From positions 10,540,001 to 10,604,000 of the forward strand of contig CM022668.1 of NCBI GenBank assembly GCA_012295275.1: a stretch of 64,000 nt of DNA, written 5' to 3'. The stretch is from Chrysomallon squamiferum. Taxonomy: Eukaryota; Animalia; Mollusca. The notes beneath the pieces were generated by a model. It had not been told where the DNA came from and made no database searches. It was given only the letters and a program-made list of their open reading frames with translations. How positions within the stretch are numbered: the first letter of the stretch is position 1; every line of letters begins with the position of its first letter. Shown here piece after piece: positions 36,095 to 64,000 of the stretch. A program made the position numbers and the translations under genes.

Positions 36095-36998
36095 AGTTTC
36101 TACTGGTACATGTAACTGGTGTGGGTACAAAAGTACTCCCGTGTTACGACTCTCTTCCTCGGTGAACATTTCTCGTAACATTCTCATCACTGGTGTGACA
36201 CGTGTGTTTCTGTATGGAGTGTCTACTGTAGACATCAGACCCACGTGTCTTCCTATCACTTGTTTATATTCACTGTCACTTTGAAAACCCTTCTTCATAT
36301 CACTGACAGTTCTCCACCAGTCCAACAGTTTCTCATTGACATCATCCTCAAGCATGAACACAACGTCGGCGTTGTCGTCAATGATGTTGTGTAAATCTTC
36401 AGACATTTCTTGTGAAAAGCGTTGAACCATTTCATGTTCAATAACGTTCGGCAAGGCTAAAATGTTCGTTTTTGTCCGTGTTTAGGTTTAAATCGCTGGT
36501 GATGTGATTGAAGACTTCAACCTGTTTTTTCAGCTGATTAAAGCTCTGTTTCAATGTCTTCGTCAACGTGTATATTATCATGCATCTGATATTAGTGAAC
36601 CATTTCTCTAAATCATCACTTCGGTCTTTGAAAAGTGTTTTTCAATTTTCTAAAATAATTGTCTATCTTACAGTTACCAAATATAAACATGGGTTGTTTT
36701 TCGCCGTCTATTTCTGACAGATAATCAAAACGATCAAGAATAAATCTTTCAGCGTGTTCATCACTGAAGTTAGTCAGTGTAGCATCTTTGAGAACTCTGT
36801 AGTATTCGTCAGGCGTTATTCTGTCTGCTTCGTAGTGTTTTGGTGGAAACTGGTATGCCTCAGTTTTCCAGTTGGGGAAATATTCATCTACAATTTTCAA
36901 TGCTTCGTCTAGAAACACTCCAGTCTTTCCTCCTGCAACCTGAACTCTCTGAGGAAATTTACAAAACACATGTGAAGTCATCCTTTAACAAATGTCGT
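36095..36998 (-). pseudogene. Frameshifted gene fragment resembling N-terminal NERD/PD-(D/E)xK nuclease-like proteins expanded in gastropods
   Basis: Complex ORFs 36616-36981 (YQFPPKH...FSDEHAERFILDRFDYL...QPMFIFGNCKIDNYF) and ~36095-36454 (LPNV...KLLDWW...EYKQVIGRHVGLMSTVDTP) are linked by frameshifted TLKQSFNQLK/QVEVFNHITSDL. Family assignment comes from recalled motif similarity only. Confidence 0.5.
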
Positions 36999-37358
36999 CT
37001 GAAAATAAATATAATTTTACCTGCGTTTTTAAATAGTATTTTATCCAGCAAAGACTTTATAATGTAACAGTAGTATATATGAATACACATTAATTGTAAT
37101 TGATAATATTTCAGTTTTAAATAATCTGTGCATTCAACAAGACGAGTAATAAATTAAAATACACGTACATGTTCACGTACATTTTTTGTGCATGTGTTTG
37201 TGTTTTCAGAAATCAAAAAGAATAGTATTGTAGATAATACATTTAAACTAGCATGGGAAAATGCTTTTAATGTTTAATTTACGGAAAATTGGAAAATCTT
37301 CAAATGAGTTATTCGGCCTTTGTTACTTAATTCATAAAGCTTCTTTTTAAAAATAATA

Positions 37359-37394
<36 letters not shown>

Positions 37395-38236
37395 ATAAAC
37401 AATAATGAACATAAATAACCAACATTTCTTACTTGTTACTTGTTCTGTCTGTCTTTTGAAAACCCAAATCCGAATTAAATTATTTTTTATTTGTTGTGAT
37501 AAATGTTTTCATTACAATAACAGCTCTCTCAGACATAGATGACGTCATTACTCTTTTTTTTTTTTTTTTTTTTACTTTTGAGTTTTCTGCTTGACGTCAT
37601 AAATTTGTTGTTGAATTAATTTTTTTATGACGAAGGCAAAAAATTAAAAAAAAAAAAAAAAAAAATTAAGAAGAATCGGTAAGATATTTTAAGAGAATAA
37701 AAGCTGTAATAATGTGTTGCAAGTATTATTAAAAGATGAATTATTTTCCGTAGACCATTTTTTAATTTTGATTATTATTGATGTATAAACTATAAAAAGT
37801 TGAACATTTTATGCTAGGAAAAAGTTACTTGGCTACTGATAATTTATTAATAAATTTTAGAAGTTGCGTAAGGGAAATAACTCCTGGTTATTTCAGAACA
37901 AAATGTTTTAAAACACCAATTCTCTCTGCTTGTTTAATTTAAAAAAAAAAAATAATAATAATATAAAAAAAAATTTGAAATTTCCCGTGCATTATTATGA
38001 AAAAAAAAATAGTAGAAAAACATTATAGTTAATTAAAAACTGTTTGCTAGTAAAATGTAAAATAATGGAAATATTAGGAATTTTCTGTATTCTTTTTGTT
38101 CTTATTCTTTTAAATTGTATTATACAGTTGTAAGTTATTATTTTATGCACATAAACGTATATTTATTTGTTTTGGTTCTTGGGGAGTTCTTTGAGGAGGA
38201 TATTAGCTTTTTAGTTGTTGTTTTTTTTTGTTTTTT

Positions 38237-38275
<39 letters not shown>

Positions 38276-38961
38276 CTTTTTTTTTTTTTTGAGGGAAGGG
38301 GCGTTGTTTGTTTTTTTTTTGTTTTGCTTTTAAACATTTTTGTTTGTTTTTAGGACGTTTTTTCTTGTTGATTTGGGAATTTGTGAGGGGTTGTCAATAA
38401 ATTTGTATTATTAATTTATGTATTTTATTGACTTATTTACTTGTTTTTGCTTATTTATTTATTATTTATTTTGATTTGATTTTTTTCTTTTGAAATTTTT
38501 GAAATTAATCCAAAAAAAAAGAGAAATAAAACAGATTAGTAACAACAACAACGAAATAATAATAATAATAATAATAACAATAATAATAATAATAATAGTT
38601 TTGTTTTAATAAAAATAATAATAAGCATGAAAATAATAATAATAATAATAATAATAATGTAATAATAGTGGTAGTTTTGTTTTTAATGAAAAAAAATAAG
38701 AATAGTACATGGAATTTCTTTTAGTCCCAATCTATCGGTGATGAAGTGACAAGAACGAAATGTCTGCAGTGAGTTAAGTCTCCAGTTATTTCCAATGGAA
38801 TGACATCGTAATTATACATTTTAAGATAACAAAGAAAATCGGACGCAACTTCATGAATATAATTTGTTATTTTTTTAATAAATAATAATTCTGATTTTTG
38901 TTTTATATAATAATTAAATTAAGAAAATTACTCTTCTTATTCTTTTATTATTTTATTATTA

Positions 38962-39010
<49 letters not shown>

Positions 39011-39293
39011 TTTTTCCCCACTGGAACGGTTGACACTGTGAGAATAAAAAAAAAAAATGAAAGATGGTAGACACCTGAGATACAGAATAAATGAGAAAAA
39101 TGAGTGAATGAGGGACACAGAGAGAAAAAGAAAGAGACACAGAGAGAGAGAGACAGAAAACGGGGACAATATTGTATTTTTTTATTAATGTAATGTGTTG
39201 TTAATTCACATGGCTGGTCTCTCTCCATGCAGAAAAATCCATGTGTGGAATCATTCTGCTTGAACAGAAAACGACAGGGTTGCTGAAAGTTTG

Positions 39294-39328
<35 letters not shown>

Positions 39329-39569
39329 ATTATAAACTGAAATTCTGTTTTAGCAAATTAATTTTTTTTGCAAACAATAAGTAAAAGATAAAGAAAAATT
39401 AAACTTTTTAAAAACATCACATATATTTTTCTATATAAATAGATAGATACACACAGTCATTTGAGATAACATACAGGAATTAATTTTTTCTACAGAAATT
39501 TTTTTGTATGACTTAGTAACAGCATTTGTTTCTATTTAAGTACTAACTCAAATGTGAAAGTGTAAATAA

Positions 39570-40115
39570 AGGATTTTACTGCAAGTCAAACAGTATGCGC
39601 TCGCGTTTTGTGCAATATTTTGCCAAATTTCCATGGATCCTAAGAAAGGACAGTGCTGAGAAGAAGAAGCTGATGATGTCCATTGAATTAAAGCATGAAA
39701 TCATAGAAAAACATGAGCGAGGTGTGCGTGTATTCAACATGGCTAGGCAGTACGAGCGTAGTACATTTAAGATATGTACCATACTGAAGCAGAAGGAGTC
39801 GATAAAGGCTATAACTCCAGTCAAAGGCGTTAAAATAATTTCTAAGCTGCGGACCTCTGTCCATGAAAAGACGGAGAAACCCTAACACTGTACACTTTAC
39901 AAAAACATATTTCTTTATATTTTCTTTTATTTTGTTTTGATACTTTATTTTTCATTTATAGATACATTTTTTCTTATTTAGAAACACGTTACAAAAAGTT
40001 GGGGTAGTTTTTCGTGGCTGGAACGAATTAATGGTATTTCAGTTAATTTCATTAGGGAAAATTGAGTTACGAGCTCGGTCACGGAACGAATTAAACTCAC
40101 ATGTCAGGGTCTCAC
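39570..40115 (+). mobile_element. Tigger/pogo (TIGD1-like) DNA transposon deletion derivative with CENP-B/psq HTH remnant
   Basis: ORF 39595-39885 (DSAEKKKLMMSIELKHEIIEKHERGVRVFNMARQYERSTFKICTILKQKESIKAITPVKGVKIISKLRTSVHEK) matches the N-terminal HTH pattern of Tigger-type transposases; no DDE domain. Boundaries are approximate. Confidence 0.8.
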
Positions 40116-40599
40116 GTATATTTTTTGTGGCTGAAGTTGTTACTTCTTTTATTATTTGAATTTTTTCCCTATTCTTTTTATTCATAATCTGCATCACTAT
40201 CCTCATCTTATTATTAATACTATTACTGTGTACTATCTACTACTTCTACTACTACGACTGTGCTGTTGTTGCTGTTGTTGTTGTTGTTTAAATAAATTGT
40301 CCTTTATTTAAAATAAATTACTTTTTATTTCAACATAAAAGTTTGTTTTTTTTCTTTTTTTCAGTTGGGTTATTTAAAAATAAATTAAAAACTATTATTT
40401 CCCTTGCATTCCACCACAGCAGATATATTATTTTCCTTAATTTAAAACTAATTTTAATTTGTCGAAAAGACAGAAAACGATTAACTGTTTCAGTTGTGAT
40501 TATTTTAATAACATAAAGAGTTAGCTTCCCTTGTATTCCATCATAGCAGATACATTTTTTTTTCTTCTACTATACAAGAAACCATACCACTAGTTAACT

Positions 40600-40905
40600 C
40601 CGATTCTGGTTAAAACTGTAATTATTAACAAATTCAGAACTGTCCTGAACTATTCTAAGAAATTCACTGTCGAACTACATAACAAAAAATGGTTCTAAGA
40701 AATGTACTGTTATCTTGAGTAATAAAACATAATATTCTAAGAAATTGTCTGTCGAACTAGATATAAAAAAAGATTCTAACAAATTAACTGTCATCTTCAG
40801 TTCTTACATAAAATATTCTGATAAATTCACTATTGGCTTGAATTATAAAACAAATGATTCAAGCAAATTCATTGTCATTTTATAAATGTCTGACAAATTC
40901 ACTGA
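40600..40905. repeat. Degenerate ~40-42-bp tandem repeat immediately 3' of the RPTP stop codon
   Basis: A 'ttctaagaaattcactgtc'-like core recurs at ~40653, 40693, 40735, 40774, 40816 and 40858. Confidence 0.7.
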
Positions 40906-40913
40906 CGATGGTG

Positions 40914-53185
<12,272 letters not shown>

Positions 53186-54053
53186 CTGTTTGATATATAA
53201 AGTGATATATTAGTATTATTTATCATCCAAATAAATCAGTATGTAAATACGTTAAGTCATCTGTTTCTATAGAGCAGCTTTTCTGTTCCATTTAAACCTT
53301 CTAAAACATATTTATTTAGATATCAATGTTTTTAGAGTTCAGAATATTTAAGATAAATATCAAAAACAGTAGAAAGTTCGTAAAATACACCAAATATTAA
53401 TTATTTCTCTAAAAGCTTTTAACATCTAAAACCTTCAATTTATAGACAGGAATGCCTTTAGAAAATATCATCATACACATATTATTTTGAAAATTAGGCT
53501 TCTAGAAAATACCAGTATCTTTAAGTGTATATTTGTATACATCTGTATCTTTAGGTGTGAGTAATTTGTACAGTTCTATATATTCAGAAAATATCAATAT
53601 GGCTATAACAATATTTGTACAGAGATTTCTCTCCAGAAAATATCAACATATCTAAGTGTATGTTTGCAAAGCTCTGTATTTCGAAAATAAAAACTCGTAT
53701 TTTTTCCAGATTTCTAATTCTGTAAAACACGACGACATTTCAATCTATATTTTCAGATTTCTCTATTCAGAATATACCAACATCGTTAAACTATTTCAAT
53801 GTTCAAGAGATTTATTATATAAAATATCATCTCCAGTAAATCCTATTTTAGTACAATATCTAGAGAATTGGTCAAATAGTTATTCTAAATTAATGTTTGT
53901 ATTCTCGATTGCAATCATATTTACATTAGCACTTTTATATATCTGAGGTTTGCCTATGTACGGCTATCTTTAATTGTATTTTTGTCCATTTGCGAGGATC
54001 AATAAATAATTTGTTATTCACTTCGAATATTTATAAAAATAATGCTGTTCACA

Positions 54054-57903
<3,850 letters not shown>

Positions 57904-59040
57904 TATATATATGCATAAAATATGAAAAAATAATAAGTAAAAAAAAAAAAAGGCTGCAACGTTTATGAAACCGCTGAACGGAAAGAACGTGAATGTTAAG
58001 TGTAGATGTACAGTGAGTGGCAGAAACACACTTCATGGTGAAGTCAGAGAGTTGTGAAAAGCAGCTAGAGAAATCAAGACACTATTTTTACTAGAGTCGT
58101 GCACAGCAGTTAATATATAAAGAAGATAAATAAAATGAAATATTTTATAATTTTATAAAACAATTTTCTGTGGCTTAGTGTTTAGTGATATCGACAGATT
58201 AAAAATATGTTGTTAAAAGAAAAAATAATAATAAATACAAATAATAATGATCATAAAAAATAATAAAACGTTAGGAAAATGTACTGATTTTGATTAACTC
58301 TTAATAAATATTTGAAAAATAGATTATGAAAAATAAATAATAATAATAATAATAATAATTGTAATTGTAATAGCAATAACAACAACAAAAACAACAACAA
58401 CAATAATAATAATGATAATAATAATAAATATGACGTTGGTAATAATTAAATTAAAACTCGAAAACATACAATAGTGTTATTAACTTCATCTAACCTTCAT
58501 TCAGTTTCATGTCTACACACAGGTACGCACGTAGAATGAAGCACACATAAACACACACATAATGACGCTTATTCATTCTCACAGACTCACACTTGATCAT
58601 GCACGAATACACACACAGCATGTTACATTCGCTGTTGTAAGGATGTTTGTATCATTTTCTTTCTTTTCATGGTCTGATTCAGAAGTATCCAATTACACTG
58701 ATCATAAACACAGATTTTTATTTCAGTAGTTTCATTTACACAAGTCATGAACTTCTGTAACTGAAGAAAAAAAAAATACGGACTCAAGAAACAGATATAT
58801 AAATATAGCAGATTAAACATTGTCATCTTGTATACACAGAGTATGTTGTTTATTGAAATTTAATCAGGTTGTTCCTAAGTGAATAAGAAAAACAATACAT
58901 AGGAATGACGACCGTATATCTAGATATAAATAACAATCGAATATTACCTACTATCTGTTACGAACTGTTTTATTTACCCTGAATGCTGCACATACAAATA
59001 CTGTTTTAGTCGCAGTCCACAGAACATTTTGATTGAACGC

Positions 59041-59089
59041 ATGGTTGTTTTTGCAGGGCTTTTGTATTTTATTATTAAGGGTATATCAG
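59041..59089 (+). pseudogene. Orphan signal-peptide exon, divergent partner of gene D
   Basis: MVVFAGLLYFIIKGIS plus G|GTAAC; inverted homolog of 17625-17673, inside a ~1.5-kb flank (57930-59437) shared with ~17265-18830. Confidence 0.6.
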
Positions 59090-59477
59090 GTAACATATAA
59101 TAGTAATACTACTATTTGAAATGTTTTTAGCACTTACTCTTACTGCTACTACTTCGAACCACTACTATTACTACTACCACTACTACTGCTATGACTGTTC
59201 TGACAGCTACTATACTGCTGCTATCTTCACTATTATTGCTGTGATACTTGGTATGACAGTAGTGCTGTGACATATTCTTTTGCAGACAGTATGAATCATA
59301 AACTGAATAATACTATGGTACATTTCTGTGCGTGTTGGATAAAAGCTATACGATAATGATGCGTAGATGTTAGTGACTGTTCAGTTACATAGTTGTCAGG
59401 CAGATATAAATATATAATAGTTCTATGACTGTATGTTTGTGGAAGTATGTGGTATTTGTTTTAGTTAGGATTTGTAT

Positions 59478-60963
59478 TTAATGTTTTATTTGCAGATATT
59501 TGACATATGTCAGCAGTGAGTCATTATCCCTGTTCAAATCAATTCCAAAGGCAAGATCAATGGGCAATCGGGGCTCTCGTCCGAACATTAAGAAGAACCG
59601 TGAATATCCAGTTGAATCATGCCTGATGCAGTTATAGGCATGAACTAGAGGTCCAACATATGTTTTCCAGTCCTTCTTTTGATCAGGATTAAGAGTCCCA
59701 AGCATATCAAGCAATGTACGATTAAATCTCTCGCACATGCCATTACCCATTGGATGGTATGGGGTAGTTCTTGATTTGTCCATTCCCAAAATTATGCAAA
59801 GTTCTTTCATCAAACGACTTTCAAAGTTCGCCCCCTGATCACTATGTATTCGTAGTGGAATACCATAGTGTATCACAAAGTTGTTGTAGAAGGCCTCTGC
59901 TGTAGTCTTTGCTGTCATATTTCTAGTAGGTATAGCTTGCGCGTACCTGGTGAAATGATAAGTGATTATTAAAATATGTTGATAACCTCCCTTTGAGGTT
60001 TCCAAAGTAAGAAAGTCCATACAAATTAACTCCAGGGGTTGAGTGGTGGTGATATTAATAAGCAGAACACGAGCATTAGCTAATGGTTTCCGCCGTACAC
60101 ACCGGTTACAGTTTTTAATCCATTCCTCAACATCAGCTGCCATGCCTGGCCAATAAAATCTGTCACGAAGAAGTGTCACGACCAGGATGCCCAACATCAT
60201 TGTGTAAACCATGGAGAACATCATGAACATATTTAGATGGTAAAACAAGTTGATATCGAATCTGACCATCGATCTTCACCTGGCGATGCAAAATACCTCT
60301 CACAAAAACAAAACTATCAAAAGCTCTGAAATAGGCATTATTCACTGGGGTAGAAGGAAAATCTTGTCGACGAGGTTTCTTCTTCCTTCGTACAAGCTCC
60401 ATCCATGGATACAAGACTGTATCAGCAGCTTGGGCTTTCCTCCAGTCTCTGCCAGACATTTCACTGATGTTCTGTCCATCATCCAGAACAGAATCGACCA
60501 CTTCTGCAGAAGTGCTTAATGCTTCTACAAACGGTTGAGCATTCAAAACACCACATACAGCTCTAACTGTGTCTGCCGATATTTCGGTATGTTCTGATGA
60601 ACCAGGTAGTCTGGATAAAGAATCAGCATCAGCGTTGTTTAACCCAGGTCGGTAAAAGATGTTAAAATCGTATGATGCAAGTGCGGCTAGCCATCTGTGA
60701 CCCGTGGCATCCAACTTTGCCGATGTGAGTACATATGTTAGCGGGTTGTTATCGGTCAGCACCGTAAACTTGTTTCCATACAGATATTCATCATATTTCT
60801 CACTTATAGCCCATTTTAAAGCAAGAAATTCTAACCGATGAGCTGAATAATTGGCTTCAGACTTACTGAGACTTCTACTGGCATAGCTAATGACATGCTT
60901 CATCCCGTCATTTTCTTGATAAAGCACAGCACCAAGACCATGTGAACTTGCATCAATGTGCAA
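59478..60963 (-). CDS. pol: Gypsy Pol: RNase H and integrase (frameshift ~60170-60190, truncated)
   Basis: HIDASSHGLGAVLYQ, LEFLALKWAI, TDNNPL; integrase H-x4-H...CNRC, CMDF, IHSDQGANFES, GNGMCERFNRTL. Confidence 0.92.
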
Positions 60964-61062
60964 TTCAAACGGTTTACTGTAATCAGGATACCCAAGAATG
61001 GGAGGCGAAGATAAGATTTCTTTCAGTTGCTGAAAAGCTACCTCTTGACTGGGCCCCCATGT

Positions 61063-62937
61063 TCAAGGTTTGCGGAGTTCGTTCTTCTTGGATTGTGGCC
61101 TGGTGTGAGGCATTAAGGATGTCAAAGGTCTAGCTACCTTTGCAAAATCCTTAACAAATTTTCTATAATAGCCAGCGAACCCCAAAAATTGCCTAACCTC
61201 ATTAGGGTTAGTTGGCTTTGGCCAATTGATAATCTTCTCAACTTTATCAGGATCGGCTTCTATCCCAGCCTTAGAAATTACGTGTCCAAGAAAATTTATT
61301 TTGTTTTTGAAAAAGGAACACTTCTCTGCTGTTGTCTTCAAACCTGATTCTGGAACTCGCTGAAATACTTGGGACAAGCGATCAAGATGTTCATCATACG
61401 TTTTGGAAAATATTAAAATATCATCCAAATAAATCAAACATGACTTGAGATGAAGTCCCTCAAAGGTATCATTCATCAACCGTTGATATGTTGCTGGACT
61501 GTTGCATAACCCAAAGGGCATACGATTGTATTCGTAAAATCCTAAAGGTCCAACAGTAAATGCAGTTCTTTCCTTGTGGGTTTCTTCAATTTCAACCTGG
61601 TGGTATCCACTCTTCATGTCTAAAGTTGAAAAATATTTTGCACCCGTCAAAACATCAAACATCTGCTCAATTCTTGGAAGAGAGTAAGAATCTTTAACGG
61701 TTTTCGAATTCAGCTGTCTATAATCTACACACATCCTGAGTTTACCATTTTTCTTGCGAGCTAATACCACGTTTGAAGACCAAGGAGAATGAGAATGTCT
61801 AATGATGCCACCGGCCAACAACTGTTGTAAATGATCCTTGACCTCTTGGTACATTGCGGGTGGTATACGTCTATGTCGCTGCTTAAAGGGCATTTCATCG
61901 TCTAACTCAATTCGATGGTGTACCGCTGTGGTATGACCTACATCTAGATCACCTGTTGAGAAAATATCTGAAAAAGAAGAAATGACCTGTTTTCCCTGTT
62001 CTAATTCTTCAGGTACTAAACAACAATCTCCAAAATTCAACATATCTAAAACAAAAAAATATTTTGAAGTTGTTGTCTCTTTCATCTCAGGAATATCTTC
62101 AATTTCGACAGCTTGTATTTCACAAATAATGGCACGTGAGGGAACGGATATTGCACAAGTTGTCACATTGGAAATGTGAATGTCTAACTCAAACAATTTC
62201 TTTTTATTGTCATACTTGTAGCTGAATAAACTTGGAGCGATGTCTAAGTCATCCGGAATAACGGAACCCTTGGTTGGTGCAGTCATAGCCCAAGTACATC
62301 TATAGGGAAGAGGTTTATCAACAACACCACGCAGCGTGATTTCACTGTTGGCAGGAATCACCACTCTTTTGCATTCTGCACTCTTCACCTTACCAAGAAT
62401 AAAATGGTTTCTCTCCAATTCTTTTTGCTGTAATGTTAAACATCTAAAAGACAGATACCAAGGGGTATGAAGATTAGCTTTTTGTAGAAATCTGTTACCA
62501 TATGTTTTCTTGCACTGATTCATAAAATGAGAGAGAACGTTAGTACCAAGAAGTAATCGGACAGAAGAATTGTACTTACTATTTGGTACAACTAACAAAA
62601 TGCTAAGCAAAGGAGAGGAAATACTGCCTGTCCCTTGCAGTTCAACTTCAATATACCCATGATACGGTAAAAGCTTACCATCGGCACATTCAACGTTTAA
62701 AATAGTATCAAGAGATTTGAGAGGTGTATCAGAAAAATGCTTGTTATAAAAACCTTCAGAAATTGTTGAAACTGTAGAACCAGTATCTAACAGAGCTTTA
62801 GTAGAAATACCATTGACAAGTATAGAACTTTCATTTGGATCACCAACCATTTCTGTTATTTGCTGGTTTTGAAAAATGGGCTTGACTTCATGTGTACCTA
62901 TGGGTTGCCCCTCGCCATAGGCGGTCTCCAGTTTAAA
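61063..62937 (-). CDS. pol: Gypsy Pol: aspartic protease and reverse transcriptase
   Basis: ALLDTGS, LRMCVDYRQLN, MPFGLCNSPATYQR, YLDDILIFS. The frame is open upstream to the slippery site at 62931-62937 and frameshifts near 61060. Confidence 0.93.
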   Translation of the reverse strand, partial: FKLETAYGEGQPIGTHEVKPIFQNQQITEMVGDPNESSILVNGISTKALLDTGSTVSTISEGFYNKHFSDTPLKSLDTILNVECADGKLLPYHGYIEVELQGTGSISSPLLSILLVVPNSKYNSSVRLLLGTNVLSHFMNQCKKTYGNRFLQKANLHTPWYLSFRCLTLQQKELERNHFILGKVKSAECKRVVIPANSEITLRGVVDKPLPYRCTWAMTAPTKGSVIPDDLDIAPSLFSYKYDNKKKLFELDIHISNVTTCAISVPSRAIICEIQAVEIEDIPEMKETTTSKYFFVLDMLNFGDCCLVPEELEQGKQVISSFSDIFSTGDLDVGHTTAVHHRIELDDEMPFKQRHRRIPPAMYQEVKDHLQQLLAGGIIRHSHSPWSSNVVLARKKNGKLRMCVDYRQLNSKTVKDSYSLPRIEQMFDVLTGAKYFSTLDMKSGYHQVEIEETHKERTAFTVGPLGFYEYNRMPFGLCNSPATYQRLMNDTFEGLHLKSCLIYLDDILIFSKTYDEHLDRLSQVFQRVPESGLKTTAEKCSFFKNKINFLGHVISKAGIEADPDKVEKIINWPKPTNPNEVRQFLGFAGYYRKFVKDFAKVARPLTSLMPHTRPQSKKNELRKP

Positions 62938-63960
62938 GGTTTACCTGTCTGGTGGGGTAATTTAACCCTACATCCCTTCTTTATGTGCCCTGGCTGACCA
63001 CAACGAAAACAGACCGGTTCATTATTCTGAAAAGAAGATGATGCAGAATTCCATTTTGGAACAGATTTGATATCTGCCTGATGCCTTGTTTTGGACTCAG
63101 TGGCTGTCTGACGCTGCTTCAGAGAACTCAACTCTGCTGACATCTGCTTGAGTATGCCTCGAATTTCCTGAATATCGGAATTCTTTTGAGAAACCGCAGC
63201 CTTTCCAGGAATAGTCTTGCCCTTTGATTCAATTCTTTTCTTTCTCTGTTGCAATTCTTCTTCTACTTGTCTTATAACTTTAATAAAATCTTCAAAAGTG
63301 TCATCATTTTCAAACTTGTGTCCTGATAAATCTTTTAGTTCAGGTCGAAGCCCTGTCCAAAACATATTACGTAACATTGCTTCAGTTTCATATTGATTCA
63401 CTTTCCCTGCAGCAACAGCCTTGCACAAAATATCTTCAAGCCGGCATGCCCAGTCAGCTACACTTTCATCGTCACTTTGTTTAGCTGTGTAAAAGGTAGC
63501 CATAATAGCATGACCCACTTTTACTTCTCCAAAAACACTATCAAGTTTCTCTATTAGTCTTTCAATAGGCGCATCTGTATCTATATGCATTGCAACGCGA
63601 GCAGCTTTACCGCGAAGCGAACGCCTAATAGCTTCAGACAGGACAGATGTACCATGGGTATTAGTCAAACATTCCAATTCATGTTTCCATTGATCAAAAT
63701 CAACATCACCTTTCCCGTCACCTGAGAAGAAAGGAAGCCGAGGTGGCTGTTAAAGTCAGTGACGAAGGCAGAGTAGGCTGTAAAGGTGAATATTTGGCAG
63801 CTCCTTCATCTTCCTTTTTGACAGCTCCTTTAGTAAACTGAGTCATCCAGCTAACCAAATCTTCTGGAGTATCAGCCTTAGGTTGGACATGTAACTGTCT
63901 AAATGACGAAATTAACTGCACCTCTTCTGCACTTAATTCCGCTATTTCAGGATCAGACAT
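62898..63960 (-). CDS. gag: Gypsy Gag (PNMA-like capsid plus CCHC zinc knuckle), split by a frameshift near 63720
   Basis: ORFs 63718-63960 and 62898-63677; motifs AIRRSLRGKAA, FYTAKQSDDESVADWACRLE and CFRCGQPGHIKKGC. Confidence 0.88.
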
Positions 63961-64000
63961 GGTTGAAGGTAAGTATATACTGTAATACTATCTTTATAAG

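Larger units (their letters stand above)
59440..64000 (-). mobile_element. Ty3/Gypsy LTR retrotransposon internal region, frameshifted and 3'-truncated (no 3' LTR seen)
   Basis: Domain order gag, protease, RT, RNase H, integrase; the integrase ends abruptly at ~59480 against host flank. Confidence 0.95.

Noticed and set aside
60250-62179. Plus-strand ORFs inside the retrotransposon
   Set aside because: Short antisense shadows of pol with no recognisable motifs.

Overview
AT-rich, microsatellite-dense eukaryotic genomic DNA with spliced genes, most likely a lophotrochozoan and probably a mollusc (inferred from gene content). Most ORFs in the supplied track are simple-repeat artefacts; the real genes were rebuilt by hand from GT-AG exons. 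The window holds a tandem and inverted cluster of type-I receptor genes with the layout signal peptide, EGF, F-type-lectin-like domain, MEGF10/Draper/SREC-type EGF repeats, TM, and a tail with an ITAM-like motif. There is one apparently intact copy (A, 8254-16093, 14 exons, ~729 aa), one near-complete copy with two broken splice donors (C), two internally deleted copies (B, D) and the 5' end of a divergently transcribed copy at the left edge. On the minus strand is a receptor tyrosine phosphatase (active D1, dead D2). Its two visible ectodomain exons are identical or near-identical to EGF exons 11-12 of gene A, which suggests a paired activating/inhibitory innate receptor system. The cluster also shows hypervariable lectin loops and rearrangement breakpoints at microsatellites. 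Also present: decayed NERD-like nuclease fragments, a Tigger/pogo fragment, several minisatellites and a frameshifted, 3'-truncated Ty3/Gypsy element with an intact -1 frameshift signal.
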